A DNA stretch of 64,000 nt from Adineta vaga. Taxonomy: Eukaryota > Animalia > Rotifera. Every line of letters starts with the position of its first letter. The stretch's first letter is position 1. The notes under the pieces are model-generated. The model had not been told where the DNA came from and did not search any database. It worked only from the letters and a program-made list of their open reading frames with translations. The stretch covers positions 2,480,001 through 2,544,000 of the forward strand of contig CP075496.1 of assembly GCA_021613535.1 (NCBI GenBank), given 5' to 3'. A program made the position numbers and the translations under genes. Positions 54,643-64,000 of this stretch are shown in pieces.

Positions 54643-55740
54643 ATGTTTGAATCATCATTTAGTGATGATCATTCCGATCAATCAATAACAACATTCGATA
54701 CTTTATTAAAACATACTTTATGTTCATTTGTACGTTCTCAAATACTTTTTGTAGCCGTTCGATTGAATTTATTTACAATCATCGATGAATCTCCTACTGG
54801 TTCGTTATCCTATGAAGAAATGAAATCATGTCAAATATCTTTATCAATGTTATCCTATCTTGTTTATCTTCGTTTATTAAAACGATGTTCAAATTCCAAT
54901 AAATATGAATGTACATCGGTTACACGCACATATTTAATTTCATCACGAAAAAATTATGTTGGATTAGGTATTGGCGTTTGGGATCATCGTCGTTTATACA
55001 AATTTATTCGTCGTATGAACGAAACATTACGATATGGTATACGAACAAATGAAGAAAGTAATCAACAAACAAAATGTATATGGACGATTTTCGAACATAA
55101 TCATAATCCAATGATTTTTTTTGCTGAAATTATGTCATCATTTACACGTTGTACAATTAATGAATTATGTACTCGAGTTAATTTCTCTTCGTATTCAACA
55201 TTACTTGATGTGGGTGGTTCATTAGGTGATCTTAGTCGAACAATTGTTCAACGATATCCACATATAAATGCATTTAGTTTTGATTTACCTGAACTTATAT
55301 CTTATGCATCATCAATTGAAATCGAACATTCCAATGTTCATTATATAGCTGGTGATTTTTTTCAAGAACAATGGCCAAATGAAATTATTGAAAGAACATC
55401 ATTGATTGATTTAATTAGTTTGAAATATATTCTTCATGATTGGTCATATAAACAACGACAATTTCTTGTTTTAAAAATTTTTCAATTCTTAAAAAGTAAA
55501 ATTGAACTCAGCGGTGGAAATGGTACATTATTAGTAATTGAAAAAATGATTGATCAAGGTCGAAATAATACAACATCTTTATCAACAAGTATATCAATGG
55601 CAATTGAATGTGGTGATGGTATTGGATATGATGCAACAATCAATGAATATGAACAATTATTAATTAAAACTGGCTTTCAACGAATTCAATGTGTGCAATT
55701 AACTGGTCCAATGGTTGCTCTCTTTGCTCATGTCATATAA
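54643..55740 (+). CDS. SAM-dependent O-methyltransferase (class I, ASMT/COMT-like with dimerisation domain), intronless
   Basis: SQILFVAVRLNLF (dimerisation), LLDVGGSLG, FDLP, IAGDFF, KYILHDW, G.LLVIE. Confidence 0.9.
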   Translation: MFESSFSDDHSDQSITTFDTLLKHTLCSFVRSQILFVAVRLNLFTIIDESPTGSLSYEEMKSCQISLSMLSYLVYLRLLKRCSNSNKYECTSVTRTYLISSRKNYVGLGIGVWDHRRLYKFIRRMNETLRYGIRTNEESNQQTKCIWTIFEHNHNPMIFFAEIMSSFTRCTINELCTRVNFSSYSTLLDVGGSLGDLSRTIVQRYPHINAFSFDLPELISYASSIEIEHSNVHYIAGDFFQEQWPNEIIERTSLIDLISLKYILHDWSYKQRQFLVLKIFQFLKSKIELSGGNGTLLVIEKMIDQGRNNTTSLSTSISMAIECGDGIGYDATINEYEQLLIKTGFQRIQCVQLTGPMVALFAHVI

Positions 55741-55960
55741 TTAATCAATTGAAATATGTAATGGTGATATTGTCTTTCTTTTCTTTTCTTTTTTTTGTTG
55801 TTATTTAGCACTTTTACGCGTTTAGTCATAGTCTATATAATAGTACATAGTTCTGTATATTTATGGTGAAAAGAAATGTTCATTTCGAATATTTTCAATA
55901 AAAATACAATGGTGCATGTGAATGAAAGAATATTTGTATTTCTTCGAATTTATTTTTTAG

Positions 55961-56745
55961 ATGTCGTTCTTACTTTGTCAAGTACAACGAAGTCTTCGAT
56001 TGAATATGTTTACACATCAGGTAGATGTTGATTTTGTTATTCGAAGAGAGAAAAAGAATTGAATGAATAATATGAAATGTTGAAAGGGAAACCTATTTAT
56101 ATTTCTTCCCAACAATAATATCTCTCTTGACCAAGGGAATGACTAATTCAAATTCTCAGCTACCTTGTTGTATGCAAATGAAATTTATATGATTTATTTG
56201 ATAGCTTCCTCTATTAACACCTGTTGCGGGGACCATCAATGTTGATCAACCGGTACGTAATAAATTAGTTGGTTATCCAGGTCGAATGATGTTACGAGAT
56301 ATAAAACGACGTACACTTATTCGACAATACTGGCCTCAACGCTTTCGATATCAATTACTTCGTAAAAATATGATTTTTCCCGATTCTTTCAAAGTAAAAT
56401 TCATGTCGATTTGTTTTTGTATTTGTTTTTTTAAACTGTAGAATTATTGTCGAGAAGAAGAATTTTCGACATTTACAAATGAAACTCAACCCTGGTGGAG
56501 ATGGAATCGTTGTGCATTGACGTAAGTACTCTTTCAATTGAAAACAAAACATTTTTTTCCTTTTAAATTAAAGATCTCGTCAATGGGGTGTTGTGGAACA
56601 ATATCGTCTAGGACGAATTATGTGGCGTCGATTTGCTGATTATAATCAAATGTCAGGAGTTATGCGTTCAACATTCGATCGATATACAAGACAAAATACG
56701 CAAATGATGAGTCGAGAAAGACGAATTATTCGTGAAGATCCTTAG
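55961..56745 (+). CDS. MRPS14: Mitochondrial ribosomal protein S14, 4 exons; not in the ORF track
   Basis: MMLRDIKRR...RYQLLRKNMIFP...NRCALTSRQWGVVEQYRLGRIMWRRFADYNQMSGVMRS. Confidence 0.9.
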
Positions 56746-57159
56746 ATCTCGAGATTTCTTTATTTTGTATTGTTGATTTCTGTTTCTTTTTTTCTTCCTT
56801 TCATTTTGCGTTCCGTTGCTTTTTCTCTCAAAATAGATGTGGATGTTTGAAAGAAAGAAAGAACTATTTCTTCATAAATAGAGGAGGGAGGATGATGCAA
56901 TGGTATGTAATATTCAATATTAGTTTTCATTAGTTACGTTTTTATCAAATTTCATACGCGTTGTTAGTTTCTATCTGTCAGGTAGACAAGCTAAATCAAG
57001 TATGTAATTTCACAATTAAGTTATATATTAGGAAATATTTCATGTACAAGATCTCAAGTAATATCGTGTCAGAGTAACATCATGTTTTTTCCCTACTACT
57101 GAGAATGATGTATATAATAGAAATGTTTTCTTGATAATCGTTTAATTACTTTTTTTTAG

Positions 57160-59424
57160 ATGTCTAATCAGGATCCTATATTGATGAATGATCGACGATC
57201 AGTCATGAACCATCATAAAGTAAGTTTTTCCAAGATAATTCATTCATATGTCTATTCTTCTATCACTGCAGGTCGATCAACATGTGACAAGTCTCTTTGG
57301 TCCAACAGATGATAATGATGATGACGATAATAACGAACAAGTACCTCGTTCGCCCTTTATTCTTACTGGTTTACCCCCAGAGGTTTGTTTTCATGTTATA
57401 TTCTAAATGAATTTCTTCATATCTGTGATTTCTTTTAGCCACAAGAAGGTAATATTGAATATAAACTTAAATTAATTGATCCAAATCCATTTCGACTTGA
57501 ACATTTAATAACTCAAATGAATTGGCGTTTACAAGAAGGACAAGGTGAGGCATTATATGAAATTGGTGTAGAAGATTGTGGAACATTAAGTGGTGTTAGT
57601 AGTGAAGATTTAGAAGCATCATTAGCGACTTTAAAGAAAATGGCTGATAGATTAGGTGCATCAATAACAATTCTCTATGAACGTAAATTAGAAAATGATA
57701 GACATATTGTTGAAGTTCTCGTACGAAAAGTGCCGGATGATCAACATTTTATTGATTTACGAGTCGCTGTTTTGGGTACAGTTGATAGTGGAAAAAGTTC
57801 ATTAGTTGGTGTTTGTACACATGGTGAACTTGATAATGGACGTGGTCGTGCAAGATTAAATCTATTTCGACATTTACATGAAATACAAACAGGAAGAACT
57901 TCATCCATCACCTTAGAAATTCTCGGATTTAATAATTTAGGACAAGTATGTTTATCAAAAAGTTATGTCTTTTTCTTTTGTAATTTAATTAAATAATTTC
58001 TTTCAGAGTATTGATTATGGTTGTTGTCGAACAGCAAATGAAATTTGTAATCGATCAACGAAAAGTAAATCATTTTATTTGTATCTATAAATTCATTCAC
58101 TTTTTTAATTCTTTAGTTATTACTTTCATTGATCTTGCTGGTCATACAAAATATATGAAAACAACATTATTTGGTCTTGCAGCACATGCAACTGATTTTG
58201 CCATGTTATGTGTAGATGCACCATCAAGTGTTGGTATGTAATTCATTTTTGAAATGAATAAAACTTAATAAATTGATTTTAGTTGATACAACACGTGAAC
58301 ATTTCTCATATGCAAGAACATTGGATGTTCCTGTTTTTATTGTTATTAATAAAATAGATTTATGTTCGAAAACAAGTATACAACAGACAATCACTTGCTT
58401 AACATATTTATTAAAACATGGACATAGTTCAACTCATCTTCAACCATATGTTGTTCAAAAAGAAGAAGATCTTGTTAAAGCAGCGGATATGTTTGTGGAA
58501 AAAAGTATATGTCCAATATTTGCAGTCTCTTGTGTAACTGGTGAAAATATTGATTTATTAAAAAAATTTCTCAACATTCTTCCGCCACGTATGAGTAGTA
58601 AAGATCAAGAAAGACTTTCATTATTACCTGTTGATTATCGAGTATGTTTTCTTTGATCTGGATTTCAATTTATTAATTAAAAATGAAAATATTTTATTTA
58701 GATTGATGAAATTTATATGAATAATTCATCTGGTGCTGCTGTAGTCGGTGGAACATTGAAAAGGTAGAAAGAAATCATTTCAAAAGACTTCGTATAAATT
58801 AATAAGATTTCTTTATATTTTAGTGGTATGATCAAAGAAGGTGAAAGTTATTTAGTTGGTCCACTATTAGACGGCTCGTTTTTACCAGCCAAAGTAACAA
58901 CTATACATCGATATAGAGTACCAAGACGGGTAGTTCATGCTGGCCAAGCTGCTTCATTAAGTTTACTTCATATAGGTGGTAGTCGATTACGAAAAGTAAA
59001 TAAATTCGTTTAGTTCTATTTCATTTTTAAATGAATTTATTCATTAGGGTATGGTACTTGTTTCATCAACATCGAATCCTGAAGCTTGTGTTGAATTTAT
59101 TGCGGAAATTTATCTCACAATGCATCATACAAATACGCCAATACGAAAAGGTTTTGAAACAACTGTTCAAATAGAAAATATTCGTCAAACTGCATTGATA
59201 ATTGAAATGGATACGGTAAGAAAGACATAGTTGATAGGATATATAATTATACAAATGAATTATTTTAGGATGAATTACATGCAAATAAACAAGCAATAGT
59301 TAAATTTCGATTTCGAAATCGATGTGAATATGTTCTTGAAGGATCTCGATTAATATTTCGATCTGGTCAACAGACGAAAGGTACTGGCCGAGTGACCAAG
59401 GTTCTTCCCCAATTGAAACAATAA
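57160..59424 (+). CDS. GTPBP2: GTP-binding protein 2 (translational GTPase, ribosome rescue)
   Basis: LPPEPQEGNIEYKLKLIDP, HLITQMNWRLQEGQGEALYEIGVEDCG, RVAVLGTVDSGKSSL, LDNGRGRARLNLFRHLHEIQTGRTSSI, DLAGHTKY, NKID. A possible upstream micro-exon ends in ATG at 56900-56902. Confidence 0.94.
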
Positions 59425-59783
59425 TCTAACTATTTATTTTTTCTATAAATATGTAAATATATATAGATTTATTTTTCCTTGATGTGTGACAAATCTCATC
59501 TTGTACATTTCTATTCTACCTATTCCTCTTGTCCGTTCTCATATTCAAAATCTATCCTCATGTACTTTTATGTAGGTAAATAGAACAGCGAATGTATCAT
59601 ATGTTCCCTTTTCCTGTGTGATAATTTCTTAAGTTCAAAAACGAGTCGATCAATACTCTTTTTTTGTACTTGTAAAATTTATTTTTCTTTTTGACTTATA
59701 AATCATATATTGACAGAAAAAAAACATCAATAAGAAAGTGTGTGAAAATATCATAACTTCAATGTTTATATTTTTTTAAAGAA

Positions 59784-61207
59784 ATGTTTCGATCATCTGC
59801 CGAATTGTTATACGATAAATTGAGTGGTATAGCATGTCTATTTAAACCAGCTGATATACAAATGCAACATTTTTTAATTATTGTTCAAGAAAGACTAGTA
59901 TCAGGTAGTTGAATTGAATTAATATTCAAATCTATTAAAGAGATAATATTGTCTAGCATTCAATCAAATGTCTTATCGACCAGCAATGCATCGTGTAGAT
60001 ATTCAACGTGATCCACAAACAGGAAAAGAAATTGTAGTTTCATCCGTTGACCTGTCTGATACAGTACAAGGTGAAGATATTTCTTTTTCCATAGGATTTA
60101 TTTTTTGATTATTTTAGCACTTGGCCCACGATATCAAGCAGAAGATTTTGATATTAAATCAATTTTTCCACTCGAATCATTTTCGTCTGGATTACAGAGT
60201 AAAATACGTTTTTGATTTTATGTTTTTGTATATCATATTCTTAAATCATAAGTTGTTAGTATCAATGATGATTCAAAACGTCTTGAACAAATTAGAGACG
60301 GTCAACCATTACGAGTAATTAAATTTACAAATGAATAATATTCGACTTCCTATATCATTTAGTGTTATCGTATTCAAGGCAAAATGGGTGAATCAACTAA
60401 TACACTCGATGCAAATGGTGTCATTGTCGAAAAAAGCACTTACAGTTCGTATTTATTTCGGTATGATTGATCTTTTTTCTCTCCTCCTCTCTCTCTTTAT
60501 TTAGAACATGTTAATCGATCAAAAATCGAACGTGTTTGTGCTCTCATTCAAAGTAGTTTTCAAGCATCTATGTACAAGTACGTATCTATATCATTCTTCT
60601 ATTATATGTAACTTTTTCGAATAAAATAACCAAATAGGATGTCAGGTATTAGTCCATTTACTCAAACTGGTTTCGAATTAGCTAAAGGTGGTTTATGGAA
60701 ACCTCGTGATCATACTCTACCACCTGTCGTATATGGATTGAAATTACTCAATTTTAAAGCACCTTTCTTTGATATTGGTATGGATAACAATTTTTCAGAT
60801 AAAAGAATTTTCTACTTTCTCAATTAGAAATGCACGTTATCAATGAACAAGAAATGCATTTGAAAGAAGTTATTCTTGATATTGGTATACGTTTACGTAC
60901 AAGTACACTTTCGGAATCAGTACGTCGTACAAAAATTGGTACATTTGACATTCAACATTCTTTAGTTATTGATGAAATCACACCTGAAAATTTAATTAAG
61001 AATATAGATACAATAGAAACACTGATTGAAAAATCAAATCTATTGGATAAAACAGTTCTTGTTAATAGAACACATCGAGATGAAACAAAACTACTTGGAA
61101 AACAAGCGGACGAAAGTACAATTGATCTTTATAAAACAAAACGATATACGGATCATGATATATCGTCATATTCAAGTGAAAAGTCAAATGATAATATTAA
61201 TAGATAA
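59784..61207 (+). CDS. TRUB2: Mitochondrial pseudouridine synthase TRUB2-like, 8 exons
   Basis: KLSGIACLFKP, LGPRY, YRIQGKMGESTN..GVIVEKSTYKHV, FELAKGGLWKP..PPVVYGLK, VINE..L..ILDIGIRLRTS..VRRTKIG. Confidence 0.85.
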
Positions 61208-61396
61208 TGTATTTGACTACGCCCTGTTTGTGTTTGTTTTGTTTTTCTGTGTACTTTTATATACTTGTGCCTTTTCATCATATAAATATACACATTTATT
61301 GTCACGCATGACTGTCTCTTGTCATAATTTGACAAAAATTATTTGAAAGAAAAGCAAACAGAATTCTCATTTATATGTTTTCTTTCGACAAAAGAA

Positions 61397-61666
61397 ATGA
61401 TTGGTAAATCTGTATTACTTGCTATTGGATTAATTATTTTATTGAATAATGTGTGTGCACGACAGCGATATCGGAAAATTCAAACAAATTCTACAATGAC
61501 AACAAATTACACGAAAGATATGTTGATAGATATTCATGACGAATATTATGATTATTATGATTATGACATATCAAGTGGATGTAAACAAGTTATGAATAGA
61601 ACATTATTGTATTATTTAAATTTATTTGTAATTTTGTATTTTTCTATTGAGAATACATCGATCTGA
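61397..61666 (+). CDS. Small putative secreted or GPI-type protein (89 aa)
   Basis: Signal-like MIGKSVLLAIGLIILLNNVCA, basic patch, Y/D-rich core, hydrophobic C-terminus. Confidence 0.5.
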   Translation: MIGKSVLLAIGLIILLNNVCARQRYRKIQTNSTMTTNYTKDMLIDIHDEYYDYYDYDISSGCKQVMNRTLLYYLNLFVILYFSIENTSI

Positions 61667-62494
61667 TGTTCATTTAATGTATAAATATGTTGCTGCTCAT
61701 CATTTATGTCTTTAGTAGTTTATGAAAAGAATTATATATATATATATATTATGAGATAACGTACTAAATATGATGATTTGTCGAGCATGAATAGTCTGAT
61801 GAATATGATGTGTTGAAAATGCAATACGAGAAATAAAACGATTAGATGGCTTTTCTTCTCAAACAATAAATCGATATAAATTCAACTGATACTTTCATTG
61901 ATCATGATTTAATCTAACTAATTTGGAATACAATTACTGAATATTACTCAACGAAACTAGATATGTTATGATTATATGGAAAAACGTATTAATTTTGTAT
62001 TTGAAAATGGCCAATGGAAAAAAAAGAGAAAATTTCTTCGTTGTATTTTTTACTAAAAAATAAGTGATCACATTGAATTACCAAGAGTGCGAATGAACAT
62101 ATTCTATTAAACTAATTTCTTCCTTTTTCTGCAAAACTATGTTGATATTGCTTATCAATGCCAGCAATTATGGTTAATTGGTAGACCTCGACGTCGTTGA
62201 ATAATCTTTCAACTTCTAACTAGAAAAGGACTTCGTTATATACATATATATGTATATATAAAACAATGATTTATCCACAACAATTTCCTAAATTTCAATA
62301 AAACGTTTTTTTTTATTTTTCTTTCGGTAAAACGACATGTTAGTATTATTTTACACACGATCTAATGATCACTCGGCTCTTGCTTTTGTTCTCAACTCAA
62401 GAGTAGAGACAAAAAACGAAGAAGAAAGAATGCTTTTTAAACAATAATTTAACAAAGGAAAAAGAAAGCGAGATGAAATTCGAAACATTTATTT

Positions 62495-64000
62495 TCAATC
62501 TGCTTCGACTTCAATGGCTTGTTGATATTCTGCGCGACATTTCGGACAAATTTTCGCTGATCTACTTTCATAATCAATCTTACACTTCGTACAAAAAATC
62601 ATATGTCCACATGGTATAAGTACACAAGTTGCTTTTGCATCATAACAAATTGTACAACGATCAGAATCATCATCCTCTCCATTATCATCTGTTCGATTCG
62701 TTAAACTTGTTGTAGTACTTGATTCTGTTGATAAAACATTCTGTGCAACTAAACCAAACACAGAAAGAGCTGTAATACGCCCATTTAAAAATAAAAATGG
62801 ATAAAATGTTTGATTAAGATCAGCGAATGTTAAAATTCGTGGTTGAGATATTGTATCATTATTTCGACATAATAGAATTTCTCCACTTGTTTTATCGAAT
62901 AATATTCGATATTCATCAAGTTCACTTAATGTTTCATCAAAGGGTTCTTCACGTAGAAGCCAATATTCTTTACGATCAACTAAGGCTGCAGGATCATGCG
63001 CTGGTAAAGTTTCTAATTTGTCTGCAAATGTCGATGGACGAACGTTTGTAAAACCAAAGATTCCTCTATTCAGACAAATAAAATCATTAGATAGATAAAA
63101 AAATCTATTCTTACGGTGTTCGATAGTTAGGATCAATGGATAAAATGCGTATATAAAGCTCATCACCAGGTGCTAAAGGAAAATTTATAAATAAATAAGG
63201 TCGGACTAGTTTTTGCACACCTATAAAATAGAAAAACTCAATAGTTTATTTGTTTTTTATATTCATTTTTGAAAACATACGTTTCCGTAATGCGACTTTA
63301 TATTCACAATATAATTCTAATTCTGGACCATGAACATTACTGAATGTAACTGGTTGAAAACTGTCCGAATTCAAGTGCGAGAAATAACGAATTGGAAGTT
63401 TATCTGGTTTTTGAGGATATTTAGCGAATAAAGATTTACCATCGTCAGTGGTTTTAGGTGGTGTTGTAAATGTTACAGCTAGAAAAGACGAGATTTATTG
63501 TAAAATGAATACTTTGACTTCCTTCAATTTCAACGTATTATTCTATATTACATGCAGATAAAGAAGAAGAAAAAAAACTACCGGATAATATCTTCTCTTT
63601 TTTTCAAATTAACAAATCGGAAGTTCGATTAGAAAAAGATGAAATTATAAACTTCCTGTTGATTCCAATTAGAATTTCTCATGACGAATCTAAAAATATG
63701 TATTACTACTCAAACCAATCGATAATATTTACCTTTTACATTGCCATAGATATCAATAACTGCCCATAGAGGTTTTTTAAAATCAATTGCTTTTGATATG
63801 TCTTGTTCGCGTCCATCGAGAATAAAATAAGCGCCACTAAAACAAATCAATATGAAAAACTTTCTTTCTCTATGATTTGTTTTCATACTCAGGATTATAA
63901 TAAAAGATAATACAAAGTTGTTTTGTTAATGTTTCATAAAGACGTTTAACATAGGAACATTTATTAGTTGGACTAAGATTTGGTAATGCTGATTTTGGTA
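62495..64000 (-). CDS. Neuralized-like E3 ligase (NHR domain(s) plus C-terminal C3HC4 RING); 5' part lies beyond the window
   Basis: KPLWAVIDIYGNVK (NHR signature, about 63735-63775), GIFGFTNVRP, CTICYD..TCVLIPCGHMIFCTKC..CPKCR. Confidence 0.8.

Overview
This is AT-rich eukaryotic (animal) genomic DNA with dense genes and many short (about 45-65 nt) GT-AG introns. Gene style and several lineage-type domains suggest a bdelloid rotifer (Adineta/Rotaria-like); this is an inference. About 29 protein-coding loci are recognisable: peptide GPCR, membrane-anchored astacin, 2OG-Fe(II) oxygenase, ATG8/GABARAPL2, SWEET, RBM34, ACTL6, PX-BAR sorting nexin, ALG13, divergent Rho, TMEM272-like, CYHR1, CHERP, RPF2, UFM1, TRM9-like methyltransferase, SGK3, a coiled-coil protein, a trypsin-like protease, an SLC9C-like exchanger, an intronless O-methyltransferase, MRPS14, GTPBP2, TRUB2, a neuralized-like E3 ligase and several orphans. 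No rRNA, tRNA or CRISPR array was recognised. Main points of interest: (1) operon-like chains of co-oriented housekeeping genes with 91-220 nt spacers carrying AATAAA plus an unpaired 3' splice acceptor, often directly at AG|ATG, consistent with polycistronic transcription resolved by spliced-leader trans-splicing; (2) in-frame TGA codons inside two otherwise intact genes; (3) an intact 'sperm-type' SLC9C whose ion-binding, voltage-sensor and cNMP-binding motifs are all degenerate; (4) candidate horizontally acquired enzymes; (5) two homopolymer frameshifts that are probably assembly errors. Exon boundaries were traced by eye and family calls are from motif recognition, not database searches.
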